IMG/VR virus record: IMGVR_UViG_3300035208_006553
Span: 32,001-96,000 of that record
DNA from: a virus
Taxonomy: Duplodnaviria > Caudoviricetes
Length of the DNA stretch: 64,000 nt
Strand: one strand, 5' to 3'
Translations under genes and position numbers: made by a program
The notes under the pieces: model-generated
What the model was told of the DNA's origin: nothing
The model's database searches: none
The model's input: the letters and a program-made list of their open reading frames with translations, nothing else
Part shown: positions 19,831 to 30,691 of the stretch, piece by piece
How the letters are laid out: each line of letters begins with the position of its first letter
Numbering within the stretch: the stretch's first letter is position 1

Positions 19831-20511
19831 ATGCCAAAGGTAACAGTTAGAGATAGTATTGTCGAATTATATCCAGATGAGATTTATGTAATGGAAGTAC
19901 GTAAATCGGATATAGGAAATAATAAAGATAATGGTAATCAATTTTTGATTTGGGAGTGTGAAATTATTGAACCTGCAGAATATGCTGGTAAAATATATAA
20001 ACATTTAACACCTATAGAAATAGGTCCAAAATCAAAGAGTTTTAAGTTTTTACTTTCTATCGGAGTTCCCGCACCTAAAGAAGGAGAGGTGTTTGATTTT
20101 AATTCTGATGATTATAATGGAAAAGAGTTTGTTGCACAGCTTACAACAGTTAAAATAAAAAAAGGACAAAATGCAGGTAAAGATAGAAATGAATTTAAAG
20201 ATGTATGGTCTCCTCAAGAATTTTTAGATTTACAAAACAAATCTGCAGCGAGAGCTAATATTGTTCATAATATTGTTAATAAAAATACAGTTTTAAATGC
20301 TCAACCTACTGCATTCGAAGTAATACCGAATACCGCAAGTGTAACAGACTCTGCAGTAGTTCAATCTGAAGTAACTAAAGTATTAAAATCAGTAACACAA
20401 CCTGCTACGGTTAATACTAACACACTTCAGCGTACTTCTATATTGCAAAATACAAGTGGTGTTACAAAGCCAGTTACAACTAACAAGTCTGTTACAGATT
20501 TTCCTGATTAA
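19831..20511 (+). CDS. Probable single-stranded DNA-binding protein (DUF669-like) with low-complexity tail
   Basis: Beta-rich N-domain (GNQFLIWECEI..EYAGK); T/V/N-rich tail ending DFPD. Confidence 0.55.
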   Translation: MPKVTVRDSIVELYPDEIYVMEVRKSDIGNNKDNGNQFLIWECEIIEPAEYAGKIYKHLTPIEIGPKSKSFKFLLSIGVPAPKEGEVFDFNSDDYNGKEFVAQLTTVKIKKGQNAGKDRNEFKDVWSPQEFLDLQNKSAARANIVHNIVNKNTVLNAQPTAFEVIPNTASVTDSAVVQSEVTKVLKSVTQPATVNTNTLQRTSILQNTSGVTKPVTTNKSVTDFPD

Positions 20512-20522
20512 GGAGGTATTGA

Positions 20523-20921
20523 TTGGCAAGCATAAAAGCAAAGAAAGGAAACCCTTTTGAGAGAAGAGTGGCTTATAATTTAATGCAAGCAAATTATAAA
20601 GTAGAGCGATTAGATGATAATACTAAAGGGATTGATTTGATTGCTAAAGATTCTGATGAGTCGGTTCTTCCTTATGCTATTGAATGTAAATTTCACAAAA
20701 AATTTAGTTGGAATGAATTAGTTAAAATTTATATCAAGACAGAAAAGACTAGCGAAAAGCATTTACTCAATCATCATTCGATTGTAGTATTAAAAGCTAA
20801 TCAACAACCTCCTCTTGTTATGTATAAAGTAAGTCTCACGTATTTTGTACAAGAATTTACATCTTATTTTAATTGTCAATTTGTAGATATTCCAAAAGGT
20901 TATAAAGTATGGAAGCAATAA
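20523..20921 (+). CDS. Holliday junction resolvase (PD-(D/E)XK, Hjc-like)
   Basis: KKGNPFER, GIDLI, IECK. Confidence 0.8.
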   Translation: MASIKAKKGNPFERRVAYNLMQANYKVERLDDNTKGIDLIAKDSDESVLPYAIECKFHKKFSWNELVKIYIKTEKTSEKHLLNHHSIVVLKANQQPPLVMYKVSLTYFVQEFTSYFNCQFVDIPKGYKVWKQ

Positions 20922-20943
20922 TGAAAATTAAGGAAATTTAAGT

Positions 20944-21570
20944 ATGAGCGGTATAATAGTTTTTGATATTGAAACATTACCTAATGAATTAGATGAAATT
21001 ACTTCTAAGTTGTTAGATCATAAAGTAAGAAATGTTGTTGAAGAGAAGAAAGAACAAGAAATGTTACAGTATAGATTTCACGAACCAGCATATACAAAGG
21101 TCTGTTGCATTGGGGCCTTATATGATAAAGGAGATGGATCTGAAATTAAACAAAAGACTTTCTTTTCAAGAGATAATGAAAAAGAGGTAATTGAAAATTT
21201 TATTAATTATATTTCTCAATTTACAGGGAAGTTTGTATCTTTTAATGGACTTGATTTTGATGCACCTTTTATTCTTTACAAGTGTTGTCAGTATGGAATT
21301 GAACCTCCCCAAAGATTTTGTAATCTTGTACGCTTTCGAGTAACCCCTCATTTTGATTTAATGCAGATACTTACAGTTTGGGGAAAATTTAGAATCTCTT
21401 TAGCTGAAGCTTGTTATAGCTTTGGTATAACAGTAAAAGAAAATCTACATGGATTAGACATTCTAACTTTTCTTCAACAAGCTTCTGATGAAGACATTCA
21501 GCTATATTGTCAAGAAGATGTTCAAAGTACTTATATGTTATATAAAAAAGTAAGTTTAATTTATCAATAG
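20944..21570 (+). CDS. DEDDy 3'-5' exonuclease (PolB-exo-like)
   Basis: FDIET, FNGLDFD.P, HFDL, YCQEDV. Confidence 0.85.
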   Translation: MSGIIVFDIETLPNELDEITSKLLDHKVRNVVEEKKEQEMLQYRFHEPAYTKVCCIGALYDKGDGSEIKQKTFFSRDNEKEVIENFINYISQFTGKFVSFNGLDFDAPFILYKCCQYGIEPPQRFCNLVRFRVTPHFDLMQILTVWGKFRISLAEACYSFGITVKENLHGLDILTFLQQASDEDIQLYCQEDVQSTYMLYKKVSLIYQ

Positions 21571-21581
21571 TAGGAATTAAA

Positions 21582-21825
21582 ATGAACCACACTTCTCCTT
21601 CTCTTGAGACTAGAAAGAAGCAGTCTGATGCAAAAAAGGGATATAAACATACCGAAGAAGCTAAAAGGAAAATGAGTGCTGCCCGCAAAGGCAGACCTAG
21701 TACGAGAAAAGGAATATCCCGTACAGAAGAAGTTAAACGAAAATTATCTATTTTTTAATACTGGCAAAAAGCACACACAGGAATCAATACAAAAAATGTC
21801 TACTTCTCATAAAGGACAAATATGA
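21582..21825 (+). pseudogene. NUMOD3-repeat remnant of a homing endonuclease, frameshifted
   Basis: SLETRKKQSDAKKG, HTEEAKRKMSAARKG, RTEEVKRKLS; a frameshift in T6 (21751-21756) continues GKKHTQESIQKMSTSHKG. Confidence 0.7.
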
Positions 21826-22352
21826 ATTACATTTTAATCATATTAGGAATATGGGTTTACTTTCGATATTTCGGACCCTTACTAATTACATTCAAAAAGA
21901 CATCTACTAATGCTATTACTCCAACTCGAGCTTACGGAAAAGCTGCTTGTTGGGATGTATATGCTCTTGAGAATAAGTCAATACCTACAGGACAGTGGAG
22001 AGAGGTAAAAGTTGGTATATCATTTGCGCCATGGCCTCATATTTATATGCCTTTTTTAAATCTATCTTTGACACCTTTTGGAAATGTAGCTTACAAAATA
22101 CACACACGAAGTGGGTTAGCTATAAAAAAAGGATTAAGAAATCATTTAGGCATTATTGATAATGATTATAGAAATGAGATAACTGTTATCATGTATAATC
22201 ATAGTAATGTAGGGTATGCTTATCCAGTTAAGAAAGGAGATAAAATAGCTCAAATAGAATTTTATAGAGTTCCTTCAGTTTGGATGTTTCAAGTTAATAA
22301 ATTGAGTAAATCTCAAAGAGGTGAAAACGGTTTTGGGAGTAGTGGAAAGTAA
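21822..22352 (+). CDS. dut: Trimeric dUTPase with hydrophobic N-terminal extension
   Basis: ACWD, RSG, GIIDNDYR, GDKIAQ, RGENGFGSSG. Confidence 0.9.
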   Translation: MNYILIILGIWVYFRYFGPLLITFKKTSTNAITPTRAYGKAACWDVYALENKSIPTGQWREVKVGISFAPWPHIYMPFLNLSLTPFGNVAYKIHTRSGLAIKKGLRNHLGIIDNDYRNEITVIMYNHSNVGYAYPVKKGDKIAQIEFYRVPSVWMFQVNKLSKSQRGENGFGSSGK

Positions 22353-22512
22353 TATGTATAATTTTCTAGTTAAAATGTACACAGTTTTTGAATTAGCAGA
22401 AAGCAGTTGCAAATTCAAATTAGTTACAACTAAATTTCAAAGAATGCAAATACTACTAAGGTGTATTTATGTAGTATTTAGATTTTGTAAATATTAAAAC
22501 AAAGGTGAATAG

Positions 22513-23577
22513 ATGTACAAGGATTTTAAATTCGCAGAACATGCAAAAGTAGAAGTATTTACAGATGCTAAAGAGGCTTTACAAAGATCTTTTGATATTA
22601 CAGTAAATCCCGTTCCGGCAGTTGTTGAAGAAATTCAAGTAACTGCAGACGGTAAAATAGTATTTAGAGGAGAACAAAAATCAATCTCATTAAATGGTAT
22701 GGAATCATTTTTAAAAATTCTAAGTATACCGCCTTTATTTGCACGTAAATTACCTACAGATTTGTTATTATATAACATTGATAAGTTAATTAAAGACAGT
22801 CCTGCAAAACCTATTTTTGTATTAGAACGTCCTAATAATAACATTGCAAGTATTGTACAAGATCCATATACAGAAATACCATATAATGAAGTAATAGGAC
22901 GATTTATAGAACGACCTGTTAAAAACATTGAATTATCTGAATCTTTGTTAAAGATGACTTTTGTATTTGATACCTTAAAAGTACCTGATCTAGATGACAG
23001 TCAAGATACTTTATATATAGGAGAGTATTTAGTCAGCTCATTAACTAAGTTGACCAGTTTGCAAGCAATAGCTGGATTATACAGAACTCAATGTTCAAAT
23101 TCCTTTATCATGCCGATTCTTGGTAAATTAAAAGCTAATTATATGAAAAAAGAAGATGTTAGATTATTGCGATTTGCAGATGCTTTTGAGTGTTATGATC
23201 AAAATTTGGTAGCAACAGTTTTTCGTAATTTTGTTCAGAAAAAGCAAGGTTTATTATATGAACACCAAGTAAAACAAATTTGGGAAAGGATTGCAAAGGT
23301 ATTTTCAAAATCGGATGCAGATCAATTATTTAGTTTTGATGATGATTCTAGAAATGCAATTTTATCCAATGCTAGAGGTTACTTATCAGAAGTTAAAAAA
23401 GCAAAAAATTTAAATTTAGTACCTCCAGAAGCTACTACTACACCTTTTCAAGCTTATAAAATCGCAAATGATGTGACAACCTCAGCCCACACTCGTATGT
23501 ATGATATTGTAGATCAAGTACATGCAGAAACAGTTGGAGGAACAATATTGCAATGGATGCTTTTTAGTAACAATTAA
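22513..23577 (+). CDS. DUF932-like protein
   Basis: AGLYRTQCSNS resembles the G.FR.VCSNG signature. Confidence 0.5.
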   Translation: MYKDFKFAEHAKVEVFTDAKEALQRSFDITVNPVPAVVEEIQVTADGKIVFRGEQKSISLNGMESFLKILSIPPLFARKLPTDLLLYNIDKLIKDSPAKPIFVLERPNNNIASIVQDPYTEIPYNEVIGRFIERPVKNIELSESLLKMTFVFDTLKVPDLDDSQDTLYIGEYLVSSLTKLTSLQAIAGLYRTQCSNSFIMPILGKLKANYMKKEDVRLLRFADAFECYDQNLVATVFRNFVQKKQGLLYEHQVKQIWERIAKVFSKSDADQLFSFDDDSRNAILSNARGYLSEVKKAKNLNLVPPEATTTPFQAYKIANDVTTSAHTRMYDIVDQVHAETVGGTILQWMLFSNN

Positions 23578-23590
23578 TAATTAATTTTTT

Positions 23591-24424
23591 ATGTTAAAAA
23601 TTTATCAAAATTTTAAATGCAATAAAGAATTTTCTACAGATAAATTAAAACGAAGGTTTTGTAGTAGGCGTTGTTCAGGAGTATATTCAGCCGAAAAGAA
23701 AAAAGAATCTGGAAAGAAATACTATCATTCTATAGAAACGAAGCGAAAAATAAGTAAAGGTAACAGAGGTAAGCGAAAGCCTTCTCCATTTAAAGGGATG
23801 ACAGCTGCAAAGAGGTATGGAAGTGAAGAGAGGGCTCAAGAAATTCAAAATAGAAGAAGATTGAAATTAATAGGAAAGAAACACACAGAAGAGCACAAAC
23901 AAAAAATAGGGAATGCAGGGAGGGGCAGGAAAAAGACAGTAGCAACTCGTTTAAGAATGAGTGAATCTCGTAAAGGAATGAAACAGCCAGAGTATGTTAA
24001 AAAGAAAATTTCTAAAACTGTTCGTTTAAATAAAATACAGCAATTAGAGAAGAATAGCCAAATATCAAAACCTAGTTATAATATTAGATCTTGTGAATTT
24101 TTTAAATATTTAGATATTTTATATAAAACAGAAGGAAGATATGCTATTTACGGAGGAGGAGAATATTTTATTAAAGAACTAGGTTATTTTCCTGATTATA
24201 TAAATTTTGATAAAAAATGGATTATTGAATGGGATGAACCTATGCATTTTACTAAGGAAGGTAATTTAAGAGAAAAAGATAAAGTTAGACAACAAGAGAT
24301 TCAAAAGATGTTTCCTGATTATAAATTTATAAGAATCAGGGCTACGTTGAATTTATATAGACTATTACAAAGGAATATGAAAAAATTAAAATTAGTTAAA
24401 CTTTCAAAAACAGGGTTTAATTAA
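23591..24424 (+). CDS. Free-standing homing endonuclease (NUMOD3 repeats plus Vsr/PD-(D/E)XK-like nuclease)
   Basis: FCSRRC; HSIETKRKISKG, HTEEHKQKIG; YFPD..IIEWDEPMH...KDKVRQ. Confidence 0.75.
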   Translation: MLKIYQNFKCNKEFSTDKLKRRFCSRRCSGVYSAEKKKESGKKYYHSIETKRKISKGNRGKRKPSPFKGMTAAKRYGSEERAQEIQNRRRLKLIGKKHTEEHKQKIGNAGRGRKKTVATRLRMSESRKGMKQPEYVKKKISKTVRLNKIQQLEKNSQISKPSYNIRSCEFFKYLDILYKTEGRYAIYGGGEYFIKELGYFPDYINFDKKWIIEWDEPMHFTKEGNLREKDKVRQQEIQKMFPDYKFIRIRATLNLYRLLQRNMKKLKLVKLSKTGFN

Positions 24425-25759
24425 TTGTATAAATCTCTACATATTAAAAATTTTCAGTCTCACGAAGATTCTCTGATTGAATTTGATCCTCAAGTTACTG
24501 CAATAGTCGGATTAAATAACTTTGGGAAAAGTGCAATATTAAAAGCTCTTCAAAAACTTGTAAGAAATGATCCTGAAGGAGTCAGTTTTATTAACGAGAA
24601 TGCAAATGAAACGTTTCTTACTCTCGAAACTGATTTAGGTAATATAAAAAGAGAGATTTATAGAAGTAAACCCAGTGGAAAATATGTTATTATAAATAAA
24701 GAAAATCCAGCTCAAGATTTAGAATTTGTTAATTTTTCTAAAACAGGCATTCCTCAAGAGGTGTTAAATATATTAGATGTTTCTTCAATTCAGCAATTTG
24801 GTACTGATGAGTTTGATCTAAACTTCCATGTTCAAAAAGACAATGATTTTTTAATCAGAGGTAAAGGGTTATCTTCTACTAGAAGTAAAGTATTAAGTAA
24901 AATTACTGGAGTAGACATTGTTCAAAAAGCTATTCAACTAGGTAGATTAAAAGAAAAAAGGTACGAACAAGAAATTGATAATATAAAAAAAGATCAGCAA
25001 AAGATTAAATTAGATTTAGAAAAATATAATAATGTTAATGAACTAGATGAGATTATAAAAAATAAGTTACAGCAAATTCAAAAATTGCAACAATTAGAAA
25101 CTGATAAAGTTTTTTATAGTGGATCCTTAAGTTCATTACAAAGTATTGTTGAAAAAGCGACTAAATTAAAGAATTTATTAAAAGATTCAATTTTACAATT
25201 TGCTATTAATGATTTATTAGTTTTACGAAACAAAATAGATAATCTTATAAAGTTACAAAAAGTAAGGTATAGAATTAACAAGTTGAATCAATTTTTAATA
25301 ATGTCAGCTGTAGAGTTTAATGTTGATAGATTACAAATTTTACAAACGTTATTTAATAAAGTTGTAAAGATACAAACATTAAATAATAAAATTTTACAGT
25401 TGGATAAAGTAATTAAAATAAGCACTATTAATTATGATATAAGTACTTTTCAGCATCTTAAATATGCTAAAGAAAAATTACAGCAATTTAAAATATGTAC
25501 TCAGAAAATTTCTAAATTAAACAATGTTACTAAAATTGAATTACCTAATTTAGGAAGTGTTCAAGAGTGTAAAAAGACACTACAAAATTATAAAAATATA
25601 CAACAACAAATGTTATTACTTACTACTTTTTTGTATAATAAAGAACAAGAGGTACAGCAATTATGTGAGATTTTTAATGAACAAGAGCAAGAATTAATTA
25701 GTTATAAAAAAGAACTTAAAATATGCCCTACTTGCGGCGAATTTTTTAAGGAGAATTAA
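24425..25759 (+). CDS. SbcC/Rad50 ATPase, N-terminal half ending at the zinc hook
   Basis: IKNFQSH, Walker A GLNNFGKS, Q-loop, coiled coil, terminal CPTCG. Confidence 0.85.
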   Translation: MYKSLHIKNFQSHEDSLIEFDPQVTAIVGLNNFGKSAILKALQKLVRNDPEGVSFINENANETFLTLETDLGNIKREIYRSKPSGKYVIINKENPAQDLEFVNFSKTGIPQEVLNILDVSSIQQFGTDEFDLNFHVQKDNDFLIRGKGLSSTRSKVLSKITGVDIVQKAIQLGRLKEKRYEQEIDNIKKDQQKIKLDLEKYNNVNELDEIIKNKLQQIQKLQQLETDKVFYSGSLSSLQSIVEKATKLKNLLKDSILQFAINDLLVLRNKIDNLIKLQKVRYRINKLNQFLIMSAVEFNVDRLQILQTLFNKVVKIQTLNNKILQLDKVIKISTINYDISTFQHLKYAKEKLQQFKICTQKISKLNNVTKIELPNLGSVQECKKTLQNYKNIQQQMLLLTTFLYNKEQEVQQLCEIFNEQEQELISYKKELKICPTCGEFFKEN

Positions 25760-25760
25760 A

Positions 25761-26617
25761 ATGGTTTTATATAAGAAAACAGAAAACAATGAATATATTA
25801 CAATTGACGTACAAACTTTAGGTATAGTAAATAACAAAAATTCAGTAGTTGTATTTACTGTAGGAAATGAAGATTATTACCCATCCCAGAAAGATATGGA
25901 AGAAATTAAAAGTTTTGTAGATCAAGAGTCTGTTTTTAAGAGTAGTGAAGTATTAATATTACCTTTCTATGTTAAAATAACAGATATAACCTTGGATAGT
26001 GACAAAAATTATTTATTAGTAGTAAATATACCTTTTCATTTTAGTAAAGCTGATGAGGTAAAGGTAGAGAAAGAAATTACAGAAAGTTTACAAAGTCACT
26101 CTAATATTAAAGTTAAAGTACTTCGTGAAGATCTTAACATTACAGTTCAAGAAGCTAGTCTTAAAAGTAAGTTTCCTCCTTTAACTCAGCAAATGGTTGA
26201 ACATATTGATGGAACACCTACTTTGGATTACGCTATTCGTATTTTGAAAGTGTATAGAGAGAATTGTAATTGTAAGTGGTCTGATTCTTTAAATGAAGAA
26301 AACAAAAGTAGATTATTTGATATTATGAACGAGGCGCAAGATAAGAGAGCTGAGTTATTAGATAAAGCAATATCTGCATTAGAAGAACATTTAAAGTAGA
26401 AATGACAATGGAAGAGAAAAAGAAAGAGTATGTGAAATATTTGGAAAGGTTAATTAAATTATTACAATCAAATAAGATTGAATCAATAAGTTGTGATTCA
26501 CAACATTTTTACTTTCCTGAATTAGGAAGTATTGCGCACATGGCAGGAAAACCTTTTATATTTCATAAAGAAGAAATAATTCTTACAATTCATTACAATA
26601 CAGAAGAATTAAATTAA
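25761..26617 (+). other. Two hypothetical CDSs (25761-26399, 26402-26617)
   Basis: Tightly packed + strand ORFs. Confidence 0.5.
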
Positions 26618-27555
26618 TGATAATAGGATATGTAACAGATACCCATCTTCGATCAGAAACACCGGAAGGCAGAATAGATAATTTTAATAACTCTATTCTT
26701 ACTAAAATGGAAGAGGTGGGTCAGATTTTTAGAGAAGAAAAATGTGATATAATTCTTCATGGAGGTGATTGGGGTGATAGACCTGATATTCCTTACAGTG
26801 TTTATAATGAATTAGTAGGAGCTTTAAAAGCATGGAATAAACCCATTTACGGAATAATAGGAAGTCATGATTATTATGGGTATCAGATTAAAAGTTTGAA
26901 AAGGACTGCAGTAGGAGCTTTATACAAATCAGGTATAATTGAATTAGTTGGCAGCGAAGGTATGAAAGAATATATCGAATTAGATGATATTTGCATTTGT
27001 GGAACTCCTCATACGTACTGGTTAGATGAAGATTCTAAAAATTATTACAAAGAAAACTATTCTAGTAAAATTCAAATACAACTAACTCATGGAATGCTTC
27101 TAGAAAAGCCTGCAATCTTTCAACACACTTTACTTACTAATATAGAAACAAAATCTCAATATCTTTTAGGAGCTCATTACCATCCTGGCTGGAGTCAATT
27201 GTTTTTTAATTTAAAAGGAACAACATTTATTCATCCAGGAGGGTTAGCTAGATTAGACAATACAGGAAAAGTGAGAATTCCAAAAGCGGTAATTATTAAT
27301 TCAGTTACTCAAGAAGTCTATAGTAAAGAATTGCAAACAGCTATAGTACACCCATTTAAAGAAAAGGTAACAGATTCTAAAGAAGAAATAACAATGAATT
27401 TAGTAAAAAGAGCACTAGATTATCTTAAAGATACTCAAGTAAGTGTGATAGATATTAAACAACAACTTCCACTTATTGCAAATAAATTTAAGTATAATTC
27501 AGAAATCGTAGATTTAGCTTTTAATTTAATTGAAGAAGCAGAAAAGGAGAAATAA
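26617..27555 (+). CDS. SbcD/Mre11-like nuclease
   Basis: TDTH, GGDWGD, GSHD, THG and AHYH metallophosphoesterase motifs. Confidence 0.85.
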   Translation: MIIGYVTDTHLRSETPEGRIDNFNNSILTKMEEVGQIFREEKCDIILHGGDWGDRPDIPYSVYNELVGALKAWNKPIYGIIGSHDYYGYQIKSLKRTAVGALYKSGIIELVGSEGMKEYIELDDICICGTPHTYWLDEDSKNYYKENYSSKIQIQLTHGMLLEKPAIFQHTLLTNIETKSQYLLGAHYHPGWSQLFFNLKGTTFIHPGGLARLDNTGKVRIPKAVIINSVTQEVYSKELQTAIVHPFKEKVTDSKEEITMNLVKRALDYLKDTQVSVIDIKQQLPLIANKFKYNSEIVDLAFNLIEEAEKEK

Positions 27556-27558
27556 TAA

Positions 27559-28131
27559 ATGAGGAAGTGGGAAATATCAAAACAGTTTGAATTTTCATAC
27601 GGGCATAGAGTTTGGAGTCAGGAATTAAATAAAGAATTTAGTTTAGATAATAGCTGCTTTTGCCGGTTCATACACGGTCATAATTCAGTTCTTGTAGTTT
27701 ATCTTGAAGCAAGTAGTTTAATAAATGGAATGGTAACAGATTTTAAAAATTTAAATTGGTTAAAGAAATGGATTGACAATACTATTGATCACAAGTTTAT
27801 TATGGACATTAACGATCCGCTATTACCTCACGAAGTATCTGAACCTATAAATCGTTTTATAGGAAATTTTGGAATGAGTTTTGAAAAAGATGGTCTAATT
27901 AAACATGCAGAAGGATATGCTACAATCAATCCTAAATGTTACGAGGATTTTATTTTTCCCGTACGGGAGAAATTTGAAGGTATGGTATTTGTTTCTTTTG
28001 TACCCACTTCAGAAAATTTAAGTAAATGGATATTTGAAATAATTCAAGAAAAAATGTTAAAAATAGGTATAAAAGTATCTAAAGTAGATTTCTACGAGAC
28101 ACCTAAATCGAAATCTAGTTATTCAATTTAA
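27559..28131 (+). CDS. queD: 6-carboxy-tetrahydropterin synthase QueD
   Basis: F.YGHR, C..IHGH, GMVTDF, DHKF, PTSENL, ETP. Confidence 0.92.
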   Translation: MRKWEISKQFEFSYGHRVWSQELNKEFSLDNSCFCRFIHGHNSVLVVYLEASSLINGMVTDFKNLNWLKKWIDNTIDHKFIMDINDPLLPHEVSEPINRFIGNFGMSFEKDGLIKHAEGYATINPKCYEDFIFPVREKFEGMVFVSFVPTSENLSKWIFEIIQEKMLKIGIKVSKVDFYETPKSKSSYSI

Positions 28132-28161
28132 CTACAAATTAACAGTGAAAAGGTGTAAGAA

Positions 28162-28923
28162 TTGAAAGATTTATTAAGTCAAAATAATTTTAAGTTTGAT
28201 AAAATAGAATTTAAGAAGTTTGTTTGCAATGATTGTGGTGCTATATTTCAATCAGATGAATATACAACAAGAGAAAGCAAGAAAGATATTAATATGTCAT
28301 ATTTTATTGATACATGTATTACTTGTAAAAGTGAATGTATAATTAGTGAATTGAAAAATGCCAGTAATTAGAATTTATAATAACGGGTATATTTTTGATA
28401 GTGCTCGAGTGGCAAATTTTGTTCAACAAATTGATGAACTTATATGTAAAATAGAATCTCTAGATTTAGAAGTAGATGTTGAAATAATAAATTTTAAAGG
28501 AAAAGTGTTAAAAGAAAAGAATTATTGTAATAAAGATGTATTTTTTATTGAAGATTTGTATGATAAGTTATATAAATGTATAAATACATACAGTAACGAT
28601 TTACCTTTTTAAGTGCAGGAGGTGTATTTATTATGGATAAAAAATTATTTTCAGATTATGCTACTGTAATAGTAGGTGGACAGACATATTATTGGAATAT
28701 TAATAAGAGATATACTTATGTATATAGTGAAAGTGAGGAGTTAATGTTTATGTTACTTGCAACAGTAGACGAACTTCAAATAAAAGCAGGAATAATTGGC
28801 TTTAATAATGGTCACATGCACATTAAAGATAAAGTAAAGAAAAGTATTGCAGAATTACGTAGTTTAATAGGCATACCAATTACTCTTGAAATGATTGAAA
28901 AGTTAGAAAAGGAATTAAAATGA
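28162..28923 (+). other. Three small hypothetical CDSs (28162-28371 zinc ribbon, 28358-28612, 28633-28923)
   Basis: Packed ORFs; CNDC...CITC in the first. Confidence 0.45.
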
Positions 28924-29198
28924 GTAACGTACAAGAACAGACACCCGCTGACAAATTGACTTCTCTTCAAGCTAAAATTAAAGAGATTGAAAATAAAAGA
29001 ATAGGTGCAAATAAAGAGATTGAATTATTGAAAGAGCAATATACAGAGTTAAAGAAGACTCTAGAAGAATTAGGAATATCAAATTTAGATGATTTACCTA
29101 ATTTAATTGTTCAATTAGAAGATGAGTTTAATCAGCAACTTGCATGTGCTGAAAAAGATGTTGAAAGAATTGAACAAGTCCTTTCTGCAAATGTCTAA
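28920..29198 (+). CDS. Short coiled-coil protein, possibly part of the split SbcC
   Basis: Continuous heptad pattern; just upstream of the SbcC C-half. Confidence 0.5.
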   Translation: MSNVQEQTPADKLTSLQAKIKEIENKRIGANKEIELLKEQYTELKKTLEELGISNLDDLPNLIVQLEDEFNQQLACAEKDVERIEQVLSANV

Positions 29199-29463
29199 TC
29201 AAAAAAAAGAAATAGATCTTAATATACTTGAAGGTAAATACTATCACACAAGAGGTGGCTGGATAGCTAAAGTAGTACATGTAAGTACATCTCAGAAAAT
29301 TTGTTATGTTATTCATAATCCTGGAGATGCAACAGAATCAGCCCCAATTTTACATGATAAAAAGAACGGATTTGCTCTTTATCCTAGTATATTAGCTTTT
29401 TTAGTACCTCCTGCCTATGGAGGACATCCTGCAGATTTAATAGAGGAAGTTACTACAAATTGA
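29191..29463 (+). CDS. Hypothetical protein
   Basis: Likely start at MSNQKK; GKYYHTRGG..AKV motif. Confidence 0.5.
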   Translation: MSNQKKEIDLNILEGKYYHTRGGWIAKVVHVSTSQKICYVIHNPGDATESAPILHDKKNGFALYPSILAFLVPPAYGGHPADLIEEVTTN

Positions 29464-30164
29464 TTGATCTATTAATTAGTTACAACGAACATCTTAATAA
29501 AGTCAATCAAACATTACAACGCCAAATAGGACAGAGAGATGTTTTGTTGCAAAATCAAAAAGAGAGTGAGAAAAAAGAAGCAAATGTTATAAACTTGCTT
29601 GGTAACATTTCAAAAGCTAAATTGTTATTAGAAATGGTAGTAAGGAGTACTGAAATAAGGGTAAAATCTTATATTGAACCTTTCGTAACTGAAGCACTAG
29701 ATTTCATTTTTAATCAAAATTTAAAATTTCATATAGTATTTATTGATAGAAGAGGACAAATAGAAGTAGATTTTATTGTACTTCCTTCTAATAAGGTAGA
29801 AGAAGATTACCAAACTTACTTAAATGATGTAGTAACTTACGAACAAGAATTTGATCAGTTAGTAAAAATATACAGAAATATTAATTACTTTTATGGAGGA
29901 GCTGTTCAGGAAATATTAGGTGTAGTATTGAGATTAGTAATGATAGAATTATTACAAATAAAAGGACCTGTGTGTTTAGATGAACCTACATCTAGTTTTC
30001 ACGAGCAGTATGCAGCACGTGTTGGTGTATTTATTAAATCATTAAGTGAAAGGTTTAATAGACAAATTATATATGTTACACACAGTCATGCTTTAGCTGC
30101 TGCTGCTAATAAAGTATACGAAGTGAAAAAAGACAGGGGTATCAGTAGAGTAGAGGAAATTTAA
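29460..30164 (+). CDS. SbcC/Rad50 ATPase, C-terminal half
   Basis: Coiled coil, signature YGG, Walker B VCLDEP, H-loop YVTH. Confidence 0.85.
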   Translation: MIDLLISYNEHLNKVNQTLQRQIGQRDVLLQNQKESEKKEANVINLLGNISKAKLLLEMVVRSTEIRVKSYIEPFVTEALDFIFNQNLKFHIVFIDRRGQIEVDFIVLPSNKVEEDYQTYLNDVVTYEQEFDQLVKIYRNINYFYGGAVQEILGVVLRLVMIELLQIKGPVCLDEPTSSFHEQYAARVGVFIKSLSERFNRQIIYVTHSHALAAAANKVYEVKKDRGISRVEEI

Positions 30165-30169
30165 AATAA

Positions 30170-30691
30170 ATGAAAGTTAACTTAAAAATTAAAAATAGAG
30201 GGCCTTTTATAGTTGCTCCTATTCATTGTCCTTATAAAGTTCAAGAACAAGATATTAAGTTTGATAGTTATCAGAATGAACAAGCAGACACAGATAAAGA
30301 AATTTTTACAGTTCATTCTTCTATTTGTCCTCTTTGTAAGTTATGTGAATTTATTCCTGAAATAAACGATACACAATTAGTTTTAAATACCGAAGGTTTT
30401 ACAAAATATTTAACATTGTTGAATGAAGAAGTGTCAAAATCGATTAGAGGTCAAGTTCTTTATCTTCAAAAAGAAAATAGATTACCAATTGCAATACTTA
30501 TAAGCCCGGTAATTTTTGATAGTATGTTAAAATTAACTTATAAAGATAGTCAAGATCAGTATTATTTAGCTTATTCTTATTTTATTAATAATGAAGTTCC
30601 TATTTGTTATATAACTGGTTGTCCTGTTTACCTTTCTCGAAAATTAACTAAATCTCTTATTCAAGTAGTTGGCGAGGTTGAATGGCGTTAA
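30170..30691 (+). CDS. Hypothetical protein
   Basis: Last ORF of the operon. Confidence 0.5.
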   Translation: MKVNLKIKNRGPFIVAPIHCPYKVQEQDIKFDSYQNEQADTDKEIFTVHSSICPLCKLCEFIPEINDTQLVLNTEGFTKYLTLLNEEVSKSIRGQVLYLQKENRLPIAILISPVIFDSMLKLTYKDSQDQYYLAYSYFINNEVPICYITGCPVYLSRKLTKSLIQVVGEVEWR

